NCBI GenBank assembly: GCA_963677485.1
Contig: OY781964.1
Location: forward strand, 2,434,980-2,498,979
Origin: Armatimonadota bacterium
Lineage (GTDB): Bacteria; Armatimonadota; HRBIN16
Direction of reading: 5' to 3'
Length of the DNA: 64,000 bases
This document shows, piece after piece, positions 38,901-48,645 of this stretch. The notes under the pieces are model-generated. The model was not told the DNA's origin. It worked only from the letters and a program-made list of their open reading frames with translations, and did no database searches. The translations under genes were made by a program, and so were the position numbers. How positions within the stretch are numbered: the first letter of the stretch is position 1; each line of letters starts with the position of its first letter.

Positions 38901-38956
38901 AGGTAAAGCAGGTGATCTCACAAGTTATGCGTGCCAGACAGACACGACATTCGTAG
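35915..38956 (+). CDS. Hybrid sensor histidine kinase / response regulator (Cache-like periplasmic sensor, HAMP, PAS, HisKA, HATPase, REC).
   Basis: Two transmembrane segments flank a periplasmic domain. HAMP is followed by PAS. H-box GIAHDFNNLL; G2-box GRGLGLA; receiver ALIVDDEEGVR...DLIVLDLTMPNMGG...VVISSGY. Confidence 0.9.
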   Translation: MRRRLLAIPMRWQLMVLVIVTMAPLLVGLSLLYLDISSSSYQNVINNTKSISQAFTTSQETLLDNTYTLLSTLADVAAQKDINQLHKILTQVHRRSPEYLNLFYVSADGVVRSSVLPAHQTYLGDRSYVKDAISNRSFTVGSYQVGRITKQPTINCGYPVLDYSGKVIGVVAASIGLSNLSEMFQRSNLPEGSHMVMSDRNGAVLASTDADTQVGLQETEYVRMILANRRSLADMVEEKSDHGVVYHHITPLFIRQSTVPYSYLRISIPRSSIMQTAHHRLQWLSGWLIPFLILPLVLSYIVGHRYISKRLDAVVQTARKLQSGDLSARSALEDDLGEIGMLSSVFNEMADSVQKWYQQHQLVEKQLRDSESRYRNLVEQLPAVTYVMAFSSHSAEVLFLNSHIVDITGYKASDFITNPTLLSSLVYSQDQPAYRASMNVVARREPVELTYRIITRYGDTRWVYEKSQLIESAQDDSIVIQGLLLDITDTQTMAAELHQSEARFKLLVQSMGEMVITLDSNYRVNGIYGSSADVPIGIAPAIGQNITDFLPDSIAELHIRYMRLSEQGLPQSFEWTINQHGFEWFLLSSVSSVIHEYNGHQGYVVVVKDVTEMRMAEAERRQLDMKMQQSQRLESLGLMAGGIAHDFNNLLTGVMGHTSLAMSCVPQDHPVYQELVHISTATQYASDLVKQMLAYSGHDSFQKRILDLNNAVRDMTQLLTVSIPKNVKINTELQSGVLAIESDPVQLQQVLMNIVINAGEAIGTAAGQITIRTGNRLIGEDELSNGYMNDGLSAGMYTVVQIIDTGCGMDAETLIRFYDPFFTTKFPGRGLGLAAVLGIMRSHSGGIHVVSRPGEGTTFTLIFPSVSEDVPVEVTAADGEDWQPEHQLHALIVDDEEGVRLVATAMLNRLGLTVETACDGQEGVNLVTASPSKYDLIVLDLTMPNMGGEEALEHIRQLCPDIPVVISSGYTEIEMELHSDERRFDAFLQKPYRLEQVKQVISQVMRARQTRHS

Positions 38957-39049
38957 GTAATGCCCATAGATGGGCAGGTTCAATTTGCTGTCTGTCCAGG
39001 CAGCAATGATTACTTCGCTGCTAAGGCAAAGGGCTTGATCTATTCCATT

Positions 39050-39142
39050 TTGTGGACATCAGTGGTAAAGCGGAACAGGTAGGCGTGGAAGCTGTCGTCG
39101 CCTTTCCATTTCATGACACAGGTGTCGCCGCCAAACTTCACC
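39050..39142 (-). pseudogene. Orphan fragment homologous to the C-terminal segment of the secreted GH-like protein at 42341-44071.
   Basis: Minus-strand translation VKFGGDTCVMKWKGDDSFHAYLFRFTTDVHK matches KFGGDTCVVKWKTDDSFHTYLFRFTADAKK. Nucleotide similarity to 42450-42545 is visible by eye. No upstream ORF exists. Confidence 0.65.
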
Positions 39143-39187
39143 GTAGCCCGTTATTCCCACTTCGCAAACACTTAACCTAAGGACACA

Positions 39188-42100
39188 ATGATGCACATCG
39201 GCCGAAGACTCATCTTGCATACAGCACTCATGACTATGCTCGTTTTCGCATTACTCGGATCCGCCTTCGCCGCGAAGCTTGATGACCTGGAAAGGGCATT
39301 CACCAATCCGCCGGCAGCGGCGAAACCAGGCGTGCTCTGGATGTGGATGGGCTGCAACCTCAGTAAACAAGGCATCACACGTGACCTGGAGGCGTTGAAA
39401 GCGGCAGGCTTCAACCGCACCACGATGTTCAGCCTGGCCGATGTCACTACACCATGGGCTGGGGAGATCGGCAACAGCCCGACCCCCGAGATCATATCAT
39501 GGACCGAGCCATGGTGGTAGTTGGTGTGTCATGCGGCACTTGAATCGAAGCGGCTGGGGATGGACTTCGGGATGTTCAACGGACCGAGTTATGAGTCAAG
39601 CGGAGGTCCTTGGATCACTGCAGAGAACTCCATGCAGCAGATATGTTTTTCACAAAGCCCTGTTAACGGCGGAGGGCTGATCAGCATATCTCTGCCTCGC
39701 CCTACCGTGGATCTGCGTGCTGTGCAGTCATTCCCCGTGTTCAACCCGAACACCGGCCTGGTTGAGATGCCGATAATTCCTGAACGTCAGAGTTATTACC
39801 GCGACATCGCGGTGCTTGCCATGCCCGCCGATGGTGTCGTGTCAAAAGACCAGATCATCGACCTGAGTTCCCAACTCAGTGCTGACGGCAGTCTTAACTG
39901 GAAGGCACCGACAGGGAACTGGATCATCTACCGGCTTGGTCATACCACCATGGGCACGCTCATCCAACCCGCACAATGGAAAGCAACGGGCTTCGAGTGT
40001 GACAAGATGAGCCTGGAAGCCGTCACGTTCCACATGAATCACATGGTGGGTGAGATCAAGAAGCACATCGGCGATCTGATCGGCAACAGCTTCACTCATG
40101 TGCATTTCGACAGCTACGAGGCAGGCACACCCTCATGGACACCCAAGATGCGGGAGCAGTTCGCCAAGAGGCGCGGGTATGACATGACACCTTACCTGGC
40201 TACATTCGCTGGACGCATTGTGGAAGGCGACCCACAAACCAGCAAGTTTCAAGCTGACTTCAATACCACCACTCAGGATATTTATCGCGATGTGTAGTTT
40301 AGTACCGTGCAAAAGATTCTTCATGAGGCAAAACTCGAATTCCTGTGCGAGCCATACGGCGGTCCATGGAGACAGACGGATATCATGCCAAAGGTCGATC
40401 GTGTGATGACTGAGTTCTGGACCGGAGGCGGACGCTATCAGCCCTATGAGGTGGAGTCCACCATCGCGGCACTGAGGAAGAGTGGGCAGAACATCGTGGA
40501 GGCAGAGGCCTTCACCGGCGGTCCAGGAGACAGCCAGTGGAGCGAAACACCGGATTGGCTGAAACCCATCGGCGATGCGGCCTACTGTGCTGGCATCAAC
40601 CGCTTCGTACTGCACCGCTTCCCGCAGCAGCCATGGGATGACCGATACAAACCGGGTGCCACGATGGGACAGTGGGGCACGCACTTCGACCGCACACAGA
40701 CCTGGTGGGAGCCCGGAAAGGCGATGACCAAATACTGGCAGCGATGCCAGGCGTTGCTGCAGTTTGGCAAAATCGCACCACTGGATTTCGTGGTAGATGA
40801 TTCCGCACCTTCCGGGTTTTCACCACGAGCCATTCACCGACGCACTGCGAAGCAGGATGTATGGTTCGTGGCGAATCTAGAGCGTACCGAAGGCGTGGCT
40901 GCGTGTGTATTCAACATCTCGGGCAAACAGCCTGAGCTATGGGATGCAGCAACGGGTGAACGACGTGTTCTCTCCGATTTCCAGATATCAGGCGGAGAAA
41001 CTAAGATTTATCTGAAGTTCGCACCCACCCAGAGCTTCTTCGTGGTGTTTCGCCAGCCGCTTACCAAATCTCAGATCAAGAAAAGCAACAACCCAAAACT
41101 TATACCAGTCACCGAGATAACGGGAAGCTGGGATGTCAGCTTCGACCCCAAATGGGGCGGTCCAAAGTCCGCTAAATTTGACAAGCTGACCGACTGGACT
41201 TCCCGTCCTGAAGCTGGTATACGCTATTACTCAGGGACGGCCATCTGCCGCAAGAGCTTCGATGCAACCCACTTCAAGCAGGTCACCTACCTGGAGCTAG
41301 GAACGGTGAATCACATTGCCCGCGTTCGCTTGAACGGTCGCGATTTAGGGGTGGTCTGGTGCGCTCCCTGGGGTGTGCATCTGCCCGCGAAACTGCTCAA
41401 ACCCAAGGGCAACATGCTTGAGATAGAGGTCACCAACGTCTGGGCTAACCGGTTAATTGGCGATGAACAACAACCTGCCGATTGCGAATGGCTGCCTGGG
41501 CACATGGGCGGCTGGTTCTTGAAGCGGTTCCCCGATTGGTTTGTGAAGGGTCAAGCACGACCATCCAAGGGTCGCTATTGCTTCACCACCTGGAACTACT
41601 TCACCAAAGACTCTCCGCTGGTGCCTTCAGGCTTGCTGGGGCCGGTTCGGCTGATGTCGGAAGACTGGAGCTACGCAGGCGCGCCGGTCTTTCCGGTCAC
41701 ACCTATAACCCTCCGGTCACGGGTTGGCGATACGAGCTCATCCGAGTTTGAGAATGATGTCTTGAAAAGTGGATTAGTTCCGGTTGCCAGCATCACTGAC
41801 ACCGCACCCGCACGTGATGGCGGGGGCCAGAGCGCCGATGTACTGTTTAACGGCACCACGCTGAACGGCTCTGGCGGATCAGATACCCTTAACGATGGCA
41901 AGACCTTCCGCGGTTATGGCACAGGCAGCCTGTTGGATATCCGCTTCGATACAGCCAAAAATCCCAAGGGTTACGACCTGACAGCCATTCGCAGCTTCGC
42001 CGGACACTTTGACAGCCGGTCCAGCCAGAGCTACACGCTGCTGGTCGCCTTTGCCGGTGACCCGATGAAGTTCATTAAGTTAACGTCGGTAAAGCTACTC

Positions 42101-42274
42101 TACGGCGGGAAATCCACTGAGTTACGAATCGCCGCACGGGATGGCGGCGTGCTGCGCAACGATGAGGGCTGCAGGGCCTCTGGCGTAGCGGCAGTAAGGT
42201 TCGCTTTCGATGATGGAGCTGTAGGCTTCAATGTCTACCGCGAAGTATGCATTGTTGGAACACCGACACGGTAA
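39188..42274 (+). pseudogene. Glycoside hydrolase, GH106-like (alpha-L-rhamnosidase family; assignment tentative), 1028 codons, interrupted by two in-frame TAG codons (39518-39520 and 40295-40297). Pseudogene, sequencing artefact or readthrough candidate.
   Basis: The three ORF-track pieces (39188-39520, 39521-40297, 40307-42274) are all in the same frame and contiguous. Signal peptide, then FTNPPAAAKPGVLWMWMGCNLSKQGITRDLEALKAAGFN N-terminal motif. Both stops are TAG, in a G-TAG-TT context. Confidence 0.7.
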
Positions 42275-42340
42275 ACAGGTCCGCACATAACTACAAGGGC
42301 AGACGACTAACGCGCTTAGAAGCTGCCCCTGCAGGCCTGC

Positions 42341-44071
42341 CTACCTGGCTGCTTTTGCGAAGACCTTGATCCACTCGATCTCTATCTTCGTGCCTGGGGT
42401 ATCGGGGAAGTCCGCCCGGATGTTCTTCAGCATCTCGTCTTTTTTGGCGTCGGCGGTGAAACGGAACAGGTAGGTGTGGAAGCTGTCGTCAGTCTTCCAT
42501 TTCACGACACAGGTGTCACCCCCAAACTTCATCTTGTCCGTCTCCCAGAAGAAGTTTCCCTTATCGGATTCGCCAGCATTATTGATACGAACCCGTATGG
42601 CGATGCCCTCAATGTTGGATATCGGCCCCCAGTTGCCCGGGATGATCATGAAGGGGTCTCCGTTGGTGACGGTCATCACGGCTTTGCCACCGATCAGCTC
42701 CGGACCGCTCATATTAGCGATACCCAAATTGGTCCGTAGCTGGCCGGCTGGCCACTCAGATATGGCGTTCTTGGGCAGTTCCGCAGGGTCGACTACATAG
42801 GCAACACTCTTGTTGGCGACAAATACCGGTGATGGTGGGCCAGCTTCAACCTTCACCGCCGCCGCGAGCTGCTCATCGTCAAGCACGCTGTATGACCGGA
42901 CCTGCTCAGGGGTGGGACGGGCCCACTTGTTAGGGCCTTTGTTACCAAACACCCGGCGGACCGCATCGAGGTGCGAAAAGCCGAACTCCTTAGATGGCTC
43001 CAGGTGTGATCCCTCTCCCCACTCATTCCAGGCCTCGATCATGAAGTATGGGAACTCGGGTTTGACTAGTGCTTTTCCGTTGCGCAGCATCTGCTCGAAC
43101 AGCGCGGGCGTCCAGCCGGTGCGCACCCAGTTCGGCTGACCACCAGGAAGCGTCCGAGGGCTGTCGTCCCAACCCGCCTGCGCTCCCACGATGAACGGCT
43201 TCTTCTTGCCCAGCATCTTTTGCCAGATCGGCTTTACCCCTTCCACAATCTCCGAGTAGGGGGCTGAGCCGGGGAAGGTCCAGTAGGAGTCCGTCAGCAC
43301 CCAGTGGTAGCTATAAGAGGTGAACGCATCGCCGACAGGCACATCCGCGACCAGGCTGGGCTCGTTGTTGTCCCAAACAAGGAAGAGATCACCCAGACCA
43401 CGCGCCCGGCAGAGCGCATTCAATCGCGGCAGCACCTTGAGCTGGAACTTATCCGCCCCGCCGCATGCTGCCAGAATCGGCTTGATGTCCAGGATCATAA
43501 ACACAGGTCGGCCCTTGATCTTGAGGTAGTTCGGGCGGACGAAGTAGTTGTCCACGCAGTATTTGATCATCGCTTCCAGCGCGTCAGGGTCAAATACGAA
43601 CGTCCGCTTATAGTCAAGTCCGTGATTACACCAGTTGATGCAGAACTGCATCTGCTCGTTGTAGCGGGCGTTCAGGAACCCCTTCTCCAGACTTCTAGCC
43701 AGCCGCTTCTCGCCGTCACTATAATACCAGTCGAAAGCAAACCAGCTAATACCCGCCTCAAGCGCCCACTTGATGTGCCAGTCGTTCACCTCGGGCATCG
43801 AGTCGTCGTAGAAACTCAGCACCGGCCGCGGTTTTGGCAGCTTCGCGATAGCGGACATCCACTCACTCTGCTCATCGAAGGTCGGATATGGGTAGTCATT
43901 GGTGCCGGCTTTGCGGTACCAGCCAGGGAAAATGTAGGTTCCCACCTTGATGCTGGTTTCCACCGGTTTTGGCGGCGGCACCGGATAGGCAGTATCGGCA
44001 CGTGTGATGACAGACACCCCCAGCATAAATCCCATCATACAAATCAGCAGCAGAGTTGTTGTTCTATCCAT
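42341..44071 (-). CDS. Secreted TIM-barrel glycoside-hydrolase-like protein (GHL / GH99 / GH71-like; family unassigned) with a C-terminal beta-sandwich module.
   Basis: Signal peptide MDRTTTLLLICMMGFMLGVSVITRA. Core SFYDDSMPEVNDWHIKWALEAGISWFAFDWYY. The C-terminal module is duplicated as a fragment at 39050-39142. Confidence 0.6.
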   Translation of the reverse strand: MDRTTTLLLICMMGFMLGVSVITRADTAYPVPPPKPVETSIKVGTYIFPGWYRKAGTNDYPYPTFDEQSEWMSAIAKLPKPRPVLSFYDDSMPEVNDWHIKWALEAGISWFAFDWYYSDGEKRLARSLEKGFLNARYNEQMQFCINWCNHGLDYKRTFVFDPDALEAMIKYCVDNYFVRPNYLKIKGRPVFMILDIKPILAACGGADKFQLKVLPRLNALCRARGLGDLFLVWDNNEPSLVADVPVGDAFTSYSYHWVLTDSYWTFPGSAPYSEIVEGVKPIWQKMLGKKKPFIVGAQAGWDDSPRTLPGGQPNWVRTGWTPALFEQMLRNGKALVKPEFPYFMIEAWNEWGEGSHLEPSKEFGFSHLDAVRRVFGNKGPNKWARPTPEQVRSYSVLDDEQLAAAVKVEAGPPSPVFVANKSVAYVVDPAELPKNAISEWPAGQLRTNLGIANMSGPELIGGKAVMTVTNGDPFMIIPGNWGPISNIEGIAIRVRINNAGESDKGNFFWETDKMKFGGDTCVVKWKTDDSFHTYLFRFTADAKKDEMLKNIRADFPDTPGTKIEIEWIKVFAKAAR

Positions 44072-44182
44072 GGCGTTACTCCAGTCACACGGTCAGAAGA
44101 GATGAGATGATCAGCCGAAATGGCCGCTCATCTGTATCATTGTAAGCCGAATAGGGTGTTCAGGGGAAGGCGCGGTCATTCT

Positions 44183-44293
44183 CCTTCGTGTTCATTCGTG
44201 TGAATTCGTGGTTAAGAGAAGACCGGTAGGATGAGTAGGTCGAGTAGGACAGGTTCCATACCCTCCGCGTCCTCCGCGTCTCCGCGTGACACC
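44183..44293. repeat. Word-repeat island W6 (CCTTCGTGTTCATTCGTGTGAATTCGTGGTTAAG...GGTAGGATGAGTAGGTCGAGTAGGAC...CTCCGCGTCCTCCGCGTCTCCGCGTGACAC).
   Basis: Same modules as W3. The last module is the reverse complement of the GTGTCACGCGAAGACGCGAAG type with A/G variation. Confidence 0.8.
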
Positions 44294-44409
44294 ATTACGG
44301 AACATAGCCAATCACGGCAGCGGCTTGTTATCATGATGGTGAGCTACCACTCAGTAGACCCTCACAACGAAGAATATTCATACTTATACGCACGCAATGG
44401 AGGAACCGC

Positions 44410-46758
44410 ATGGCTTTGAAGGTTTGGTATACACAGCCCGCCCAGCAGTGGGAACAGGCGTTACCGGTGGGTAACGGACGATTGGGCGCGATGCACTTCG
44501 CGGGCGCCTCAATTGACCTACTGCAACTGAATGAACACAGCCTTTGGAGCGGTGGACCGCAGCACGCGGACAACCCTGGCGCGCGTGATGTTCAGGATAA
44601 AGTGCGTGAGCTGATTTTCGCCAACCGCTACGGCGATGCTCAGAAGCTGATGTCGGAGCATTTTGTGTGCAAAGGGCCCGGCAGCGGGATGGGCGTGGGA
44701 GCGAAGGTAGCCTTTGGCTGCTACCAGACCCTGGGTGACTTAAATCTGGAATTCGAAGGGGTCACCGAAACCAGTGCTTATCAGCGTGAGCTGGACATCT
44801 CGCAAGCGGTCGCCCGCTGCCAGTTCACCGCCGATGGCGTGGTTCATAAACGTGAGCTGTTCAGCAGTGCCGCGCATCAGGTGCTGGTCTACCGCTGCCA
44901 GGTGGATCGTCCCGGCGCTTTGTCGGTGAAGATCGCCATGAGCAGGGCAGACGCCGTCACCGTGGCAGTTGAGGCTCTGGACATCGTGATGCGCGGTGAA
45001 GTCACTGGCAGCGAAATGCGCCAGGGCACCCAATACTGGTCGCGGCTGCGCGTGCTGCATGACGGCGGCGAGCTGAGCGTTGAGGGCACCGCTTTGAAGC
45101 TTCAGGGGGCGACCAGCTTTACGCTGCTGGTTTCTGCAGGCACAGACGTGGTGCCATACCAGCCTATGAAGCGCAACACCGAATTCGTATCTACGGGGCT
45201 CGATCGCCTGAATAAGGCAGCCAAAACGCCCTATTCGCTGATCCTCAGCGAGCACATCCGTGACTACCAGCAGCTCTTCAATCGCTTTGAAATCGAGCTC
45301 GGGCGCTCAGAAGGTGACCATCTGCCCACAGATGAGCGGCTGAAGCGCGTGTCCAAGGGGCAATCCGACCCAGGCTTTGCGGCGCTCTACATGCAGTATG
45401 GACGATATCTGCTGATCAGCAGCTCGCGGCCAGGTGGCCTACCCGCGAATCTACAGGGGTTGTGGTCAAAAGAAATCCAGACACCTTGGAATGGCGATTA
45501 TCACTTGAACATCAACGTGCAGATGAACTACTGGCACGCTGAGGTGACCAACATCCAAGACTGCCATGAGCCAATGATGAAGCTCATCGCCTCACTGGTG
45601 AAGCCCGGTCGTGTCACAGCCAAGCAAATGTACGGTGCCCGCGGCTGGGTGGCGCATGTGGTGACAAACATCTGGGGGTTTACCTCTCCTGGTGAGGACA
45701 TCCGATGGGGCAGCACCCTCAACGGCGCGGTTTGGCTCTGCCAGCACCTGTGGGAGCACTATTCGTATCAGCCGGATGAGGCGTTTCTGAAGTGGGCGTA
45801 TCCCATCATGAAAGAGGCGGCGCTGTTCTTCTGCGATGACCTCGTGCGCCATCCGAAATACGGTTGGATGGTCACCTGCCCGTCCAATTCGCCGGAGAAC
45901 CACTTCCGGTCGCCAGACGGGGTCGATGCCACCATCTGCGCGGGACCCTATATGGACACGGAGATCATCACGGAGCACTTCAGGAATTGCATTGCCGCTG
46001 CCGAGATTCTGGGCAAAGACACCACATTCCGCAAGCAGCTCTCGGAGCTCATAGGCAAACTGCCCCCACTCAGGACAGGCAGCGAGGGCCAGTTGCTGGA
46101 GTGGCTGGAGGAGTTCCCGGAACTGGAGCCCACCCACCGGCACACATCGCATCTGTTCGCACTGTATCCCGGGACGATGATCGACCCTGTGATGACGCCC
46201 GATCTGGCCACAGCCGCGAAGGTGACCATGAAACGCCGCGGGGATGTCAGCACCGGATGGTCAATGGCCTGGAAGTCGCTCTTCTGGGCACGGCTGGGCG
46301 AGGCTCAGCGCGCCTACGAGCTGCTGAGCGGCCTATGGCGCCCAGTGCTTAGCACTGAAGCCGACTACAGCGCAGGAGGGGGCAGCTACCCTAACCTGTT
46401 CTGTGCGCACCCACCATTCCAGATCGATGGCAACTTCGGCGGGGCGGCGGCGATTGCGGAGATGCTGCTGCAAAGCCACAACGGCGAGATTCGGCTTCTG
46501 CCGGCATTGCCGGACGCATGGCCGAATGGGCGGGTTTCGGGTATCCGTGCCAGAAACGGCCATGAGCTGAGCCTTCAGTGGCAACACGGCAAGCTGCAGC
46601 GAGTGGATCTGCGTGTGGGCAGCGCGGGAGATGTCAAGCTGCGCTGGCCGAAAGGCCTGCAGCCTCGCGGTCAGTCAGCCGATGCGAAGCTGGGTGAGGG
46701 CGAGATGCTGCTGTCCGGCTTAAGCGCAGGGCAGATGGTCAAGCTGGAGTTTTCGTAA
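44410..46758 (+). CDS. Glycoside hydrolase family 95 (alpha-L-fucosidase, AfcA-like).
   Basis: VWYTQPAQQWEQALPVGNGRLGAMHFAGASIDLLQLNEHSLWSGGP is the hallmark GH95 N-terminus. 782 aa. Confidence 0.88.
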   Translation: MALKVWYTQPAQQWEQALPVGNGRLGAMHFAGASIDLLQLNEHSLWSGGPQHADNPGARDVQDKVRELIFANRYGDAQKLMSEHFVCKGPGSGMGVGAKVAFGCYQTLGDLNLEFEGVTETSAYQRELDISQAVARCQFTADGVVHKRELFSSAAHQVLVYRCQVDRPGALSVKIAMSRADAVTVAVEALDIVMRGEVTGSEMRQGTQYWSRLRVLHDGGELSVEGTALKLQGATSFTLLVSAGTDVVPYQPMKRNTEFVSTGLDRLNKAAKTPYSLILSEHIRDYQQLFNRFEIELGRSEGDHLPTDERLKRVSKGQSDPGFAALYMQYGRYLLISSSRPGGLPANLQGLWSKEIQTPWNGDYHLNINVQMNYWHAEVTNIQDCHEPMMKLIASLVKPGRVTAKQMYGARGWVAHVVTNIWGFTSPGEDIRWGSTLNGAVWLCQHLWEHYSYQPDEAFLKWAYPIMKEAALFFCDDLVRHPKYGWMVTCPSNSPENHFRSPDGVDATICAGPYMDTEIITEHFRNCIAAAEILGKDTTFRKQLSELIGKLPPLRTGSEGQLLEWLEEFPELEPTHRHTSHLFALYPGTMIDPVMTPDLATAAKVTMKRRGDVSTGWSMAWKSLFWARLGEAQRAYELLSGLWRPVLSTEADYSAGGGSYPNLFCAHPPFQIDGNFGGAAAIAEMLLQSHNGEIRLLPALPDAWPNGRVSGIRARNGHELSLQWQHGKLQRVDLRVGSAGDVKLRWPKGLQPRGQSADAKLGEGEMLLSGLSAGQMVKLEFS

Positions 46759-46774
46759 CTCGCCGGTACAGACC

Positions 46775-46806
46775 AGGGGCAGGCCGTTTGGCCTGCCCCT
46801 TTTTTC
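46775..46806 (+). terminator. Rho-independent terminator after the GH95 gene.
   Basis: AGGGGCAGGCC-GTTT-GGCCTGCCCCT followed by TTTTTT. Confidence 0.85.
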
Positions 46807-46919
46807 AGTTGGACGGTGATCCCCATTCGACTCACCCCTCACTACCATCCGCCTCCGCCATTAAGCCGCTTCGAGTAGAATCTACTGGGTATAGAATTCA
46901 CATAGCATGGGGTGTATAG

Positions 46920-48635
46920 ATGAGTATCAAGTATTACGAAACGCTGCCGGATGTATGGTCAGAAGGGGCTCTGTTTGCCTATTCAGGCATCGACGGACCT
47001 ACCTGCACAGCATCGGGGTTTGTGTCTACTCTGCTGGAAAAACCTTTCGGGCTGCTAATTCATACACCCATGCAGCGCATGATCCGGTTTCTGCTCAAAG
47101 GCGGTGGACATGTCGACCTTGTCACGGGTGACTTAACGGCGATGGTAACCACTCTGGGTAATTTCGGACTGGCATACAGTGAGTGGCACACCATCATTGG
47201 GATATTACCTGAGCAGGCGGAAGTGCGTGTCGTCCGTGAGTTCGGCCTGTGGGAGAACCTGAACGATGTGGCGATCTCCGTGGACGAGGCAACTCACGAC
47301 GCGGTGGTCATGCAGGCGGTGGGCAGCCGCCTCGCCATCTGCTACGGCGATTGTCTGGAGCAGGCCATGGGCCGTCTCGATGATGCATTGAAGCTGGACT
47401 TTGAAACAGTCGCCATCGAGCGTATGAGGTTCGCAGGATCCGTAATGGGCCTGACCGATAAGTATCAGGCGTTACTGATGAAATGTCTGTGCGTGATGAA
47501 GGTCAACACCTTATGGCCTGAGGGGGCCATCAAACGACGCTGGAGCACCCCTGACCGCCTGCCGCACCGTCATATGTGGATGTGGGATAGCGTGTTCCAC
47601 GCCCTGGGCATGCTGCTGTATGACAGCGCGCTGGCTTGGGACTTCGTCGATGCCGTACTCGACACCCAGCAGGAAGATGGCATGATCCCGCATATGGACC
47701 GCATTGACGGCACCCATTCCGAGATCACACAACCTCCGCTGCTGGCTTGGGCCGTGAGGGAAGTGGAATCGGGGCTGAGCGATCCTCAGTGCCTGCAGAT
47801 GGCATATCCTAAGCTGCTGAAATACCTGGAGTGGTTTGACGCCAACCGATGTGATGAGGCCAGCGGGCTGTATTACTGGCACATTAATGAGGATGCAAAC
47901 AACCGCTGCGATGAGAGCGGTATGGACAACTCCCCACGGTTTGATGGAGGCGTTCGGCTATTAGCCGTCGATCTGACCTGTTATCTGGCAAATGAGTGGG
48001 CCAACATGGCGATTATCGCCGAACGAATGGGGCTTGATGACGAAGCGGATCAGGCCTGGCAGCGGTCAGCACAGCTGGCGGAGCAGATTTATCTGCGCAT
48101 GTGGAACGAAAAGAGCGGCTTCTACCATGACTTGCATCTTGACGGCTCGTTTAGTCCTGTGCTGGCCGTGAGTGGGTTCCTGCCGCTTCTGCTGCCCTCC
48201 TTGCCTAAGACACATCTGGCTTCACTACTGAAGCACCTGGATAACCCCATGACTTTCGGCACACGCTACCCGGTGCCCTCGGTGGCCGCGAACGACCCTT
48301 CCTATGGTCACGACATGTGGCGCGGGGCCACCTGGGTCAACATGAACTGGATGATCTACACTGGTCTGAAGCTGCAAAGAAAGCCCAAAGAAGCCCGCAA
48401 GCTGGCCAAGGCGACCATCGACGCCGCCGAAGCAGCCGCTAAAGCGCATGGCGTGATCTTTGAGTATATGGACAGCGCAGGCAAGATGGCGCCTACTCTG
48501 CTTGACCGTAAGGGTAAATGCGAGAACAAGCCGTACCTGGTGGGCAAGATGGATTCCGTGCGTGATTACCACTGGAGCGCGGCATTACTCGCGCGCATGA
48601 TCGTAGAGGTTGCCAAGCTCAAGAAGCAAGGCTGA
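46920..48635 (+). CDS. (alpha/alpha)6-barrel glycoside hydrolase, GH63 / mannosylglycerate-hydrolase / trehalase-like.
   Basis: WSEGALFAYSGIDGPT...HMWMWDSVFHALGMLLYDSALAWDFVDAVLDTQQEDGMIPHM is typical of the GH63/GH37 six-hairpin clan. Confidence 0.65.
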   Translation: MSIKYYETLPDVWSEGALFAYSGIDGPTCTASGFVSTLLEKPFGLLIHTPMQRMIRFLLKGGGHVDLVTGDLTAMVTTLGNFGLAYSEWHTIIGILPEQAEVRVVREFGLWENLNDVAISVDEATHDAVVMQAVGSRLAICYGDCLEQAMGRLDDALKLDFETVAIERMRFAGSVMGLTDKYQALLMKCLCVMKVNTLWPEGAIKRRWSTPDRLPHRHMWMWDSVFHALGMLLYDSALAWDFVDAVLDTQQEDGMIPHMDRIDGTHSEITQPPLLAWAVREVESGLSDPQCLQMAYPKLLKYLEWFDANRCDEASGLYYWHINEDANNRCDESGMDNSPRFDGGVRLLAVDLTCYLANEWANMAIIAERMGLDDEADQAWQRSAQLAEQIYLRMWNEKSGFYHDLHLDGSFSPVLAVSGFLPLLLPSLPKTHLASLLKHLDNPMTFGTRYPVPSVAANDPSYGHDMWRGATWVNMNWMIYTGLKLQRKPKEARKLAKATIDAAEAAAKAHGVIFEYMDSAGKMAPTLLDRKGKCENKPYLVGKMDSVRDYHWSAALLARMIVEVAKLKKQG

Positions 48636-48645
48636 TAATGCCTTT

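Noticed and set aside
39518-40297. Genome-wide reassignment of TAG to a sense codon, as an explanation for the two in-frame TAGs in the GH106-like gene.
   Set aside because: TAG terminates several well-defined genes in the same window at positions matching homolog lengths (greA at 22138-22140, the DHOD-like gene at 15068-15070, the URO-D-like gene at 30187-30189), so TAG is a functional stop here.
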